DNA of 64,000 nt from positions 704,001 to 768,000 of the forward strand of contig CAVSTP010000004.1 in assembly GCA_963730935.1 (NCBI GenBank), given 5' to 3'. A program made the translations under genes and the position numbers. This stretch comes from an uncultured Nitrospiraceae bacterium (GTDB lineage Bacteria; Nitrospirota; Nitrospiria; Nitrospirales; Nitrospiraceae). This document shows, in pieces, positions 21,245 to 30,809 of this stretch. Position 1 is the first letter of the stretch; every line of letters begins with the position of its first letter. Below the pieces are notes generated by a model, which saw only the letters and a program-made list of their open reading frames with translations, was not told where the DNA came from and searched no databases.

Positions 21245-22193
21245 GGTTGGGGAAGGTCTGTGCCGGAGCGATAGACTTCTGGATGAATAGCGCGAGCCAG
21301 ATGCTCCAATCCCTCAACCACCCGAGGCCCCGGCCGATTGAGGGCATCCGATGACACATCGCGGAGTTGTCGATTTCGAACAGCTGACAAATTGCCCCAT
21401 CGATTCCATTCCTGCTGTTCACTCTTGGGAATACTCTCCATTGATCCGACGGGAAAAATGAGAACCTCCGGATCTTCCTTTAACACCGTTTCGAGGCTGA
21501 GTTTGGGATAGGCAGACGGACTGCCGGCGGCGATGTTGATCCCACCCGCCAAGCCGATCATTTGATGAATATAGCTTCCGGGACCGACGGCGATGAGCGG
21601 GTGGCTATTGAGAACGTAGAGCACACGTTTTTTTGCCGCTGCGGCGACACGTCCGGTCTACTTCGGCCATTCGAACTCGCATGGAACCGGTGACGGCGTC
21701 GGACATTGACGTTCGGTTGAAAATTTTCCCGAGGCTTTGGATTTGGATCAGGATATCTTCCACCGACTTCGCGTCTAGCAAGAAAACCGGGATTTTCAAT
21801 TCTTCCAATTTGGCGATGGGATCGGCCCGGATGAATTCCGCGGAGCGACAATCAGGTCCGGCCGAAGCGCGACCAACGACTCGAGATTGGGTTGCGCATA
21901 GCCGACTTCGGTTTTTTCGTGCGCCTGCGGGATAATCGCAAAACTCTGTGACGCCGACGATCTCTTCATCCAGTCCCAGGCGAACAGCATTTCCGTGATG
22001 CTCGGCGCCAGCGACACCACGCGCGTCGGCGCCTTGGCAAGATAGACTTTCTTCCGGCGTCGTCGACGAAGGTGCGCGGCGTAATATTCGCCATGAACGG
22101 CATGCCGGTGAGGATGCCCTGCTGCCGTCGCTTCATGTGTGAAGTCTCGTCGCCACTGAACACGAGCCCTGGCCAAGCGGCAAATAGCAGCAT
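21241..22193 (-). pseudogene. btuF: Periplasmic corrinoid-binding protein (BtuF-like) with multiple frameshifts
   Basis: RVVSLAPSITEMLFA, IVGVTEFCDYP, PNLESLVALRPDL, KLEELKIPV and LNRPGPRVVEG fall in alternating frames. About six indels, mostly in short homopolymers. Confidence 0.85.
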
Positions 22194-22243
22194 CGCTCCT
22201 AGAGCGCCCCGAACAATCGGCCTAGTGAATTTTCAAGCGAGGC

Positions 22244-22284
22244 AAATAAAAAATCCTCAAGGCCTTCGATAGACCCTGAGGATT
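22244..22284 (-). terminator. Intrinsic terminator (probable riboswitch expression platform) upstream of btuF
   Basis: Minus strand AATCCTCAGGG-tctatcgaagg-CCTTGAGGATT followed by TTTTATTT. Confidence 0.75.
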
Positions 22285-22340
22285 GCACCCGCTTCTTCAT
22301 CCTCGCCTGTTCCCCAGCCCTCGAGGGAACGATGGTCAAT

Positions 22341-22490
22341 TATCCGGGCAGGTCTTCTGGCTCATGGTTCGTCCTACTCCCCGTGCCTTCCCATCCGTCA
22401 AACCGGACAGTGGCGTTGGCGGGTTTCGTCCCCATTCACAGCGGCGGGACCGCGAGGGATTTCGCACCCTCTTCCCTTACCCGGAAATCA
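22341..22490 (-). ncRNA. Cobalamin riboswitch upstream of btuFCD and the nitrilase gene
   Basis: Minus strand AAGGGAAgaGGGTGcgAAATCCC...CGGTCCCGCCGCTGTGA...GCCACTG...GGGAAGG...GAGCCAGAAGACCTGCC. Confidence 0.93.
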
Positions 22491-22505
22491 TTAATGTGAG
22501 GTGGC

Positions 22506-22535
22506 ACTCTAGGAGACAGGGTCAATTCTTGTCAA
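22506..22535 (-). promoter_or_regulatory. Sigma70-type promoter for the riboswitch-btuF transcript
   Basis: TTGACA-N18-TAGAGT just upstream of the aptamer. Confidence 0.6.
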
Positions 22536-22731
22536 GTTCATTAATGTGCGGGCATTCATGTCCGGCTGCAATGGCTGCACAACAGCCGCTAACAACTGTC
22601 CGAAACATCACGACTTTCCAGTGCCCGCAACGGCACGGCGTTTGCCTGATTGTATATAAGGGATAGTAACTTGGAGCCGTCTCCGCACAGGCGATCTTGT
22701 GGGAGGCGCCGGTTGATTCTACGTATTACCC

Positions 22732-24147
22732 ATGAAGCACCTAGCTATTGCAGCGGTCATCCTGTGGGCGGCCTTCCATTTCGGAGGGATGTTCTTTTCC
22801 TCAGAAGACCGTGCGACGGAGACCGCGTTCAGCAAACTGATCGAGGCACCTCAACGATCGATCGAGAACCCTTATCGCAACGGGTATTTCTACCTCTTCG
22901 GGCTGACGGCGGCGTCTTCCTTGGATCCTGCCAAAACCGGCTACGAAATTTGGGTGGACGAAACCGAGGACGCGCGGCGCGCGGAATTTGCTGAGCGGAG
23001 AGCGACTAGAGCCGATCTCGTCTACACGCTGACGCTCGAGGCGACCGCTTCATCCTGGGAAGCCGACGATCCGCTCGGTGAGTTTCGGAAAAAAGATGCG
23101 CCCTTTCAGGCGGCCACAGGCCAATACCGTATTCTTCTCCTTCGCTATGACCACTGGATCGGCATGCCGTTCGATGATTGGGGATTCGGGCGCCGAACCA
23201 CGACGCTTGGGATGGACATTCTGGCCGTTCACCGTTTGTATGTCGCGGAAGGCTTTTCCAACAGCACGATGGAAGGCGTGGAACGGCTCCACAAAGACTT
23301 TCACTTGTGGCGCACCGTGCTTCGTGAAGCCAAAACCATCAGCACCAAAGTCCTCGCGCAGATCGTGATTGCCGATGATTTGCAATTGCTGTCACGGATG
23401 CTGGCCAAACCAACGGTGGACAAGACGATCTTGACGATGGGACTTCAACTTACCTTACCGCTGTCCGGTCCGGAATATTCCCTCCGCTGGCCCATCAGGC
23501 ACCAGTTGGCGTTGGCCATGAAAGACCGCTCGGCAGGCTTCAAACATGAGAGCGACCAGGCACGGCGCCGCCTCTATGAAGAGTGGCTGAGTCGGACCGG
23601 GCATCTTCCTCCCGACGCGCTCGACAGCATCATTCATCCGCCCGCTCGTACAGCGGGCGGTGGTTTCCAGTGGGGGCAAGCCGCCGGTGCCTATGCGGCC
23701 TATTACGAGGCCATCATCAAGTCTTCCGAGAACAACGTGAACTATTTACCAGGGATGCAGGAAGTGGTGGGAACGCTTCATCGCGGCATGTTCGAAGGTG
23801 TCCTGAAATCACGTCCGGTTGAACCCGGCTGGGAAATCTTCCATGGCCAGTTGGTTGAAACTGACACGCGGCTGCGTCTGGCCTCCCTGCAGATTCAGCT
23901 TCGGCGCCCAAGCCCGCAAACCGCAGTACCGACCAGACTCGCAGAAGTCGGCTCTCAATACTTTGATCCTTTTACGGGACTGCCAATGTTGTGGAGCCCT
24001 ACCCAACAAAAACTCTATAGCGTCGGGAGAGATCGATTGGATGACGGCGGCGATCCGACCTTCGATATCAGCGTGCCCGCCGTGGTGGGACAAGCACAAG
24101 CCAACTCCGCTGCTCCGCCGATGGTCACTCGTCAGGGACGCCGCTGA
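22732..24147 (+). CDS. Hypothetical exported or membrane-anchored protein
   Basis: 471-aa ORF with an N-terminal hydrophobic segment. C-terminal DPFTG...LYSVGRDRLDDGG resembles the GspG-type C-terminal motif. Confidence 0.7.
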   Translation: MKHLAIAAVILWAAFHFGGMFFSSEDRATETAFSKLIEAPQRSIENPYRNGYFYLFGLTAASSLDPAKTGYEIWVDETEDARRAEFAERRATRADLVYTLTLEATASSWEADDPLGEFRKKDAPFQAATGQYRILLLRYDHWIGMPFDDWGFGRRTTTLGMDILAVHRLYVAEGFSNSTMEGVERLHKDFHLWRTVLREAKTISTKVLAQIVIADDLQLLSRMLAKPTVDKTILTMGLQLTLPLSGPEYSLRWPIRHQLALAMKDRSAGFKHESDQARRRLYEEWLSRTGHLPPDALDSIIHPPARTAGGGFQWGQAAGAYAAYYEAIIKSSENNVNYLPGMQEVVGTLHRGMFEGVLKSRPVEPGWEIFHGQLVETDTRLRLASLQIQLRRPSPQTAVPTRLAEVGSQYFDPFTGLPMLWSPTQQKLYSVGRDRLDDGGDPTFDISVPAVVGQAQANSAAPPMVTRQGRR

Positions 24148-24246
24148 TCAGCGCGGATGAGCTGGCTGTGCGGCACTTGTCATCACTGAATCCCTTATGG
24201 TACAGTCACGTGCATTGTCAGTAATTTCTGAGTGAAGGAGTACGCC

Positions 24247-24438
24247 GTGGCATTCGTATGTGACATCTGCTCGAAGAAACATCAGTCAGGACATAACGTC
24301 AGTCACGCCAATAACAAGACAAAGCGAACCTTCAATCCCAACCTCCAGCGTGTGCGCGCCGTGGTCGATGGATCGACGAAGCGCATCCGAGTCTGCACCC
24401 GTTGCCTCCGGAGCGGTAAGGTCCGGAAGGCTGTCTAG
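24247..24438 (+). CDS. rpmB: 50S ribosomal protein L28 (Zn-ribbon form)
   Basis: CDIC...[20 protein letters not shown]...[12 protein letters not shown] start after GAAGGAG. Confidence 0.97.
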   Translation: MAFVCDICSKKHQSGHNVSHANNKTKRTFNPNLQRVRAVVDGSTKRIRVCTRCLRSGKVRKAV

Positions 24439-24446
24439 TCGCCTTC

Positions 24447-24761
24447 TCACGGCGCCGACCACAAAATTCGCCCCGTACGATCAGTGAGCTTGACGGCCAC
24501 CGAGCCGTCGGGGGACAAGGCCAAGGTTCGATTGCCGTCCCGGCTGGTTAAGACCAGACCGACTTCCCCGTCGGAGTCCAACCCCAAACCCGCACGGGCT
24601 TTCCCCGCTTGATCCAGCAACAGAAATTCCTCGGCGTGCACACCGTTCGCCTTCTGTGCGTGTACGACCCCGGCGACGAATAGCCGCTCGCCCAGAATTC
24701 CGCCGGTCAGGCTGCCGACGAACGTGGTTGCCAGCACAAAAACCCATGAGAGTTTCGTCAT
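24447..24761 (-). CDS. Hypothetical exported protein
   Basis: AGAAAGGA RBS, N-terminal hydrophobic segment, beta-rich EEFLLLDQAGKARAGL. Confidence 0.7.
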   Translation of the reverse strand: MTKLSWVFVLATTFVGSLTGGILGERLFVAGVVHAQKANGVHAEEFLLLDQAGKARAGLGLDSDGEVGLVLTSRDGNRTLALSPDGSVAVKLTDRTGRILWSAP

Positions 24762-24952
24762 GACTCATCCTTTCTTGCTATCGATCGATGTGGCAGATTT
24801 CAGGAGTCGGAAGCGATGATGGGCATCACACCTGGCTCGTCGTGCTTCACATCCAGCATCCAGGACAGATAAACGGCATGAGGTGTTTTTCCGGCGGCGA
24901 TAATGAAGAGAGACCTCGCCTGATGAGCCGCCGGTACGCACGAAGTGCGGTT

Positions 24953-24999
24953 TGGAGCGGGCGATGGGATTTGAACCCACGACAACTAGCTTGGGAAGC
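24953..24999 (-). repeat. Displaced 3' half of tRNA-Gly(CCC); att site of island B
   Basis: 47-nt exact copy of 32497-32543 (anticodon loop through CCA); the identity stops just past the anticodon loop. Confidence 0.93.
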
Positions 25000-25058
25000 G
25001 GGTTCGTCTTTTGTACCCAGAGATACACAATCACACGCCACGCAACCGCGAATAACAG

Positions 25059-25166
25059 TATCAACTATTTAGGGAGACAGCAAGATACAGGACGGTACAG
25101 CGAGACACGCGGGCAACCGTGACAAGAACCGGAAACGGAAGCATGAACCGTGACGGAAACCGGAAA
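25059..25166 (+). promoter_or_regulatory. att-arm architecture: IHF consensus, 10-bp periodic repeats and two arm-type sites
   Basis: TATCAActatTTA (25059-25071) matches WATCAANNNNTTR. Periodic GAGACAG/GATACAG/GGTACAG/GACAC follow. AACCGTGACnnnAACCGGAAA occurs at 25115 and 25146, with a third copy at 32428. Confidence 0.7.
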
Positions 25167-25485
25167 TCTTTTCCTGCCTCTCTACAGGAAGGCCCCCCGC
25201 CATGTTCAGGCAGGCGGGGTAACCTCCATGAGCCTCGACGGCATAGCCTCATATCCATGTGCTTCTCTACAAACTGAAATCACAGATCTTGAAGCCTCAG
25301 ACGCTTCTCCTAGGGTCATCAGCCCGCTAAACAAGAACCTTATGAGCCGCTCTTCCACTGTTAGCACAGGCACAATTTTGATAATTGAGCTGGTTTCTTG
25401 AACGGTATCCGCACTTTCAAGGCAAGAGTGCTTATTTCAAGCTGCAAACGTCACCCTTGGATCATCTGCTTCTTCTATCCCATGC

Positions 25486-26163
25486 TTACCGCAAGTTTAG
25501 CGCAGGGAGAATCGCGCGTAAGAATTCCTTCGCGATTGCCTGGTGGCCGGCGTTATTCGGGTGGAATCCGTCCACATCGAAGACAAGATCGTCCTGAACG
25601 GGAATGGAGAAGAAATTGACGAGCTTGGCGTCGACGCGCTTGGCTTCCTCCGTGATAGCCAAATTATAGGCTGCGATGCGTTCAGGCGTGACAGAAGGAT
25701 TGGGTCTCTCCCGAAAACGGGGAAGCTTGGTAAGGTCCGGAAGATTCGCCATCACTATGGTCTTGGATATATCGCCCTTGACTATGCCTAGCAGCGCCCG
25801 GAGGTCCTCTTGAAACACCTTCGGATCATCTCCATTTACCAGATCGTTAGCTCCGGCCCAGAGGGTGACGAGCTGTGCCTTCGTTCCAACCTGCGCGGCG
25901 AGGCGCACTTCCTCCTTAATCAGATCGATTCGCGCAGCAGGAACCCCAAGATTCATCAGAAAGACCCCCGGCATCCGCCGGTCCAAATCACGCTTGATGA
26001 GATAGACATATCCCTCAGTCAAAGGGATGGCGCCCACACCGACTGCATCGCTCGCGCCGAGTGCCAGGTACACAAATTTGATCGGACGATCACGTGAGCC
26101 AGCACAAAAGGTCAGGGTGAGCGCGCAAGTCAGGACCGCAAAAGTCTGTATAGCCAGTTTCAT
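25486..26163 (-). CDS. SGNH/GDSL hydrolase, exported
   Basis: YLALGASDAVG, NLGVPAA, WAGANDL, DGFHPNNAGH. ATG 26163 follows AAGGAGA. Confidence 0.88.
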   Translation of the reverse strand: MKLAIQTFAVLTCALTLTFCAGSRDRPIKFVYLALGASDAVGVGAIPLTEGYVYLIKRDLDRRMPGVFLMNLGVPAARIDLIKEEVRLAAQVGTKAQLVTLWAGANDLVNGDDPKVFQEDLRALLGIVKGDISKTIVMANLPDLTKLPRFRERPNPSVTPERIAAYNLAITEEAKRVDAKLVNFFSIPVQDDLVFDVDGFHPNNAGHQAIAKEFLRAILPALNLR

Positions 26164-26244
26164 AAAAGTTTTCTCCTTGTCGTTACTAAAATCCTGCAAT
26201 GAGTAAATTCGTCATGCGTCCTGGCCTCGAATAGAAAGAATTGT

Positions 26245-26523
26245 TCAATTTGGCAAGGGCGCAGTGGCTTGTCGAGTGGGCCTTACCCGTTGCATGAAGT
26301 CCATATAGCATCCAGAACAATAAGTATGGGTTAGAGCGCTTCCCATCAAGGTGACTCCATATCTCTGTTCATACGCTTGGCATGTGATCCACCGATCAGA
26401 TTCGGCAGTAAATGTCTTCCTTCCTCGAACCAGTCCGCATACACAACACATAGCGATGACCGCGCTTTCTCCCGGCGAAGCTTCGTACTTGATGCCTGAG
26501 CGGAACGGCAGTTTTTGAGCCAT
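26245..26523 (-). CDS. Small putative Zn-binding protein
   Basis: MCCVCGLVR...LTHTYCSGC; GAGG RBS. Confidence 0.65.
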   Translation of the reverse strand: MAQKLPFRSGIKYEASPGESAVIAMCCVCGLVRGRKTFTAESDRWITCQAYEQRYGVTLMGSALTHTYCSGCYMDFMQRVRPTRQATAPLPN

Positions 26524-26783
26524 AAGTTTACCTCAAGAGTTGGGCTGGCATGCACAGCGGTGGGAGCAAACTCCACGCCAGCCCTTTATCGCGTGTAGAC
26601 CAAGATTTCCTGCCAGACATGCCCTAAATGCTTGTACATTCGTGTTTATTCGTCTCGTCTGTGTGTATCCGTCTACTACTAGGAGGGTCCCTAGTCACAT
26701 GAATGACCTGGTCAGGCTCATAGCTGAATAGTATCCTGCCACTGACAGACGGCGACCGATGACCTGTCAGCCTTGGCTCTACA

Positions 26784-27253
26784 ATGGAAGCGCCTAGACC
26801 ACTATTGCCACCGTTCGATGCATCAAAGGCTGTTCACAAAGTCCGTACTGCGGAAGATGCGTGGAACACCCGTGACCCAGAGCGTGTCGCATCAGGGTAT
26901 ACACAAGATAGTGTGTGGCGGAATCGTTCCGAGTTTTTTGCGGGGCGCGAGGCCATCCTCCAATTTTTAACCCGGAAATGGAATAAAGAATTAGACTATG
27001 GGCTCATCAAGGAGCTCTGGACGTTTCAAGGTAATTGGGTTGCTGTACGGTTTTGCTATGAGTGGCATGATGATTCTGGGAATTGGTTTCGCTCCTATGG
27101 CAACGAGAACTGGGAGTTTGACGGCAGCGGGTATATGCACGGCAAATTGCAAGCATCAACGATGTGCGCATAGAAGAAGGTGATCGAAAGTTCCACTGGC
27201 CGCTTGGGCGCAGGCCGGATGACCATCCAGGCCTTTCAGAGTTAGGTCTGTAG
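26784..27253 (+). pseudogene. DUF1348 (SnoaL/NTF2-like) protein, frameshifted near the 3' end
   Basis: RPLLPPF...[14 protein letters not shown]...[13 protein letters not shown]. The tail [34 protein letters not shown] is in another frame. Confidence 0.85.
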
Positions 27254-27327
27254 GCTCAGTAATCTTTCAGTCTGCGAATCTGCAATTCACAGATCATGAT
27301 TCATCCCGAGAAGCTAGAATCAGAAGA

Positions 27328-27690
27328 TCAGTGAGCCAGTTCATATCGGACGGCACGGAGCAGCTCTTCGATGGCGAATGGCTTGTGCAAGGTTTGACGG
27401 GCGCCTAACAGCTTGGCCAGATCTAAGAAGCGCTGGTACTCAGGCACCCCGGAGATCGCGATCACCTTCACATCGAGGAATTCCCGGGTCAGCTCCATGA
27501 TGACATCGAGGCCATTCAGTTCAGGCATGTGGATGTCGGCAATGACCAAATCCGGCGGCCGCTGACGGAACAGACCCAGCCCTTCGCGCCCATTAGATGC
27601 CTCCAGCACCTCGTAGCCAACGGACTGAAGCGCAGAGCGGACCACCACACGCACAGACTCTTCATCGTCGAGGACTAAGACGGTCGCCAT
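27328..27690 (-). CDS. Stand-alone receiver-domain response regulator
   Basis: VLDDEE, IADIHMPELNG, IAISG, LHKPF. Confidence 0.9.
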   Translation of the reverse strand: MATVLVLDDEESVRVVVRSALQSVGYEVLEASNGREGLGLFRQRPPDLVIADIHMPELNGLDVIMELTREFLDVKVIAISGVPEYQRFLDLAKLLGARQTLHKPFAIEELLRAVRYELAH

Positions 27691-28434
27691 CAGGTCTCTC
27701 GGGATTCTAGCTCAATGTAGATCCCGCAGATAATACTACCTCAGCCAACCTATCCCCCGAAGAAATCACAAAGCAGGCCGGTTCCTAGTGGATATTGAGC
27801 GGGCTGAAGAAATGGGAGGTGGAAGCGTCCACTCAGGATGACGGAAATGAAGCCGGACGATGGTCCAGCTGTTGATCAAATAGCCACAACCCTTGGCAGG
27901 CTTGAGTCAGCCAAATCGATACTCATTTGCGCAGTGTAAATTCCGGACATCGGCGCGGTAAACGGAGAGGCGATTTCCATCGTGGCTTTCATGCACGGAA
28001 GGATCAGCATGGCCTGGCAGCCTAACCTCGCATACTTGGCTTCAAGATGACGCAGCTGAAGTCTTACTGCCAGGTCAAAGACACGATGTGCGCAAGACCT
28101 GACATCGCGCCGTATCTCTGCCGCAGTTAAAGGGAAGACCGACACCGAAGCGCCTCTGGTGTCTGAGTATGAGCGGGTTATCCCTTCTCCTAACGCAATA
28201 AGCACAATGAAGGGCACCTCGTTCCCGCTGCCAGGTAGTGGACAGATAGCAAACGGAGGTCGGTGCGGCCCCCATTCCGGTTGCGCCAGCAACGTCAGAC
28301 GCAAGCCAGGCCACCGGCCGATTTCCCATTCGTGGCCGTTATCATGGGACCACTTAAACTCGGCCAGTTCCATCAGCGTGAGAGCGAATAACATTTCTAC
28401 CGGTCGCTCGCACCGATCAATGCCAAGGCGCTGC

Positions 28435-28572
28435 TCAATACTCGCGGCCATAGTAACGGATCCAATCCGGTGTGCTAGCTGGTTGCTTTGTCGTCTTATG
28501 AAATGAAAGCCAGACCCAACACGAGAGGAGAACAAGGAGAACGAGGAGAACCATAACGAGCAGGTACAACAT
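28435..28572 (-). CDS. Putative 45-aa single-TM microprotein
   Basis: MLYLLVMVLLVLLVLLSCWVWLSFHKTTKQPASTPDWIRYYGREY*. GAGGAG lies upstream and a 3x9-bp repeat encodes VLL. Confidence 0.45.
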   Translation of the reverse strand: MLYLLVMVLLVLLVLLSCWVWLSFHKTTKQPASTPDWIRYYGREY

Positions 28573-28863
28573 TTCAAGGCATAATTTTAACTCTCCTCAC
28601 GTTGACGCCCTACGACTTTCTGAAAATGAGTAGCCTTCATTAGAAGACCTGTTAAACGGAAAGATCAAGGCAAGGAAGCCTTCGCGGTGAACAATTTCTT
28701 CCATGTTGGATATTTGCACGTACAGCTCAGAACGGTAGCAAAAATCGTCAGCCGCTCTAAAGCTCTCGTAATTGGCTTACTAGCATTGGACTTCCGATCC
28801 GATCTCGTATGGCATCGCCGTTGCAAGTGAACGGAAACTCGAAGACAACGAACGAGGTATCCC

Positions 28864-29509
28864 ATGCGTCTCCTTCGATGTGCGGCCAAGGTCTTGTCGC
28901 TGGCCTTAGTGCTCGGTCTCTGGAATTCCCCTGACACATGGGCGTTAACGGCGAGTCCGGCATCACTAACCTTTCAAGCCGTACAGGGGGGAAAACAATC
29001 CAGCCAGCCAGTCGGTCAACGTGTCCAAACCGAATAAGAAGAACACGAATTGGACGGCATCAGTTAGCGCCAGCTGGGTCTCCGTGTCTCCTGCGATAGG
29101 AAGTTTTACAAGCTCGTCACAGATTTCCGTACTAGTGAATACAGCCGGATTAGCAGCGGGTACTTATTCTGCCACCGTGACAGTAACGGCGTATAAAGGC
29201 GGGAGCGTATCTATTCCTGTGTCCTTGACGGTTGCTCCGACCACGACGACCAGTTCGTCGACATCGACCAGTAATACAGCAGCTTCGCTGACCTGGGATC
29301 CCGTTACGGATACAGGTATCGCGGGTTATAACGTATACGTGGGAACGGCTTCCGGTGTCTTCGGAACGCCCATCAATGTAGGGAATGTCACCTCGCGCAT
29401 CATCAATAATCTCGCCGTGGGATCTACCTACTACTTCGTTGTGACCGCCTATGACACTAGTGGTGTGGAGAGCAATCCCTCCAACGAGGTTAGCAAGAGC
29501 GTTTATTGA
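28864..29509 (+). pseudogene. Secreted BACON-like plus fibronectin type III protein with a +1 frameshift in a G/A run near 28990
   Basis: GAGGT RBS and signal peptide MRLLRCAAKVLSLALVLGLW..., then ASPASLTFQAVQG | NPASQSVNVS...SLTWDP...GYNVYVG...YYFVVTAYD...ESNPSNEVS. Confidence 0.8.
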
Positions 29510-29681
29510 CAAACCATGCCCTTGAACGGTTTGATCGTGACTCAAACCTGACCGGAACCGTGACTTGCCGCGGGGATGTATCGGCAAGACGGGTGCCTAA
29601 TGAGGACTCCAACGCCTAGCCTGACATACACGGCTGTGCCATGAATGGATAATCATGTTCCGCTTTTTGATATCAGAGTTT

Positions 29682-30131
29682 CTACGGTTGAACAACCCCG
29701 TTAATCGTCAGGGTGGAGGCGTCGAATACACTGCCAGCGTTGACACGTAAGCCAGGACTCCTGATGTCGATGGTGTCGAAACCGAGAATCTGAGTGTTCG
29801 TCAGCGCCGTGTTCTTACCGTCTAAGGTGACCGCCCCGAGGAAAAAAAGCGGGTTGGTGGTGATTTGAGTGTCTGTCAACTCAATCTGGTTACCTTTTAT
29901 TTGAATGAGGCCCCGAAATCGAACTGCCGTAATCATACTCTGGTCAATCGTGAAGCGGGCTCCGCCATCGATCAGAATGGCGCCGCCGTTCCGACCGGCT
30001 CCAGCTATCTCGAGCAGGGTACCATCGCTTAGATGCACGGCCTTTGTCGCCTGGAGGCTGATTAGACCGGGATCGCCCTCACCGTGAACATGGAGATAGG
30101 TGGCGCGTAGCGAGATGGTGGGGGCAGCCAT
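29682..30131 (-). pseudogene. C-terminal remnant of a filamentous-haemagglutinin-like beta-helical protein
   Basis: Repetitive GGAILID/IELTDTQITT/TALTNTQIL pattern; no signal peptide or N-terminal domain. Confidence 0.5.
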
Positions 30132-30506
30132 AACAATAGAGCGAGAGCCGCCATTACCTTCGGAACCGGAAAAACTTTTACGGTGATGCGCGTGAATGGG
30201 ATAGTGGAGGATGTGGCGCTACTATTTAAGGCTGACGTACTCCGACCAGACCTGGCAAACCACTATCCCCCTTATTGGAAGGAAAGGGGAAAGCTTCTGG
30301 AAGACGTGAAACGGCATGACACGGCATTCCGTAAAACGGCAACCCGAGTGTCTAAGACGCTTACTTTGCTCTCGTATGCGGAGACGGGCAATCACCCACC
30401 ACTTCTACGTAAAAACGATCCCCTACGAAAGCGTGACTTGTTTATCTCTTACGTAGTCGTCTAGCCTGTCGCTCCACCATGTGAATATAGTGGAAGAGGG
30501 CGAATT

Positions 30507-30662
30507 ATGCACATTCCCGTCCGCGACGAAATCTTGGCCTGCACGCGTGCCTGTGAGGAAATACTGGCCAGTGGTATGACGTTGTCCGAGGAAGAGCGCA
30601 GCCTTCTCGAATACTACATGTCCCGTCTGTCACAGATCCCAAGAGCGATTCCGTCACCCTAA
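30507..30662 (+). CDS. 51-aa small protein of the CE..YY family, paralog of 31327-31536
   Basis: Below the track cut-off. MHIPVRDEILACTRACEEILASGMTLSEEERSLLEYYMSRLSQIPRAIPSP*; GGAAGAGGG upstream. Confidence 0.7.
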   Translation: MHIPVRDEILACTRACEEILASGMTLSEEERSLLEYYMSRLSQIPRAIPSP

Positions 30663-30809
30663 ACGGCACCGTGAGCAAGCGTTAGAAGCTCTGACATTCC
30701 TTCGCCGCCTGCTCACAGATTCGCTGAATATCTCGCAACCAGCCGGATCCGGCGGATTTCATCAAGGGGAAGATCGATATCCGACCAAGTAAGGTAGCCA
30801 GGTGACCGT

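Noticed and set aside
17560..22060. Programmed frameshifting or phase variation in the btu genes
   Set aside because: There are too many scattered indels in short runs, with no long slippery tracts; sequence error is more parsimonious.
24765..25072. Track ORFs spanning the tRNA 3' fragment
   Set aside because: They are translations of tRNA/att sequence across an island junction, with no protein-like features.
25020..25170. CRISPR-like or iteron array
   Set aside because: The repeats are short and degenerate with no unique spacers and no cas or rep gene; att-arm sites explain them better.
27876..28577. 233-aa minus-strand ORF
   Set aside because: No recognisable motifs, TTG start, and it overlaps a more plausible small ORF; probably non-coding or decayed.
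30370..30465. CTAC/GTAG-rich NarL/LuxR-type operator cluster (similar patches near 26675, 27735 and 28610)
   Set aside because: Suggestive next to NarL-type receivers, but I could not define a consistent consensus or spacing by eye.
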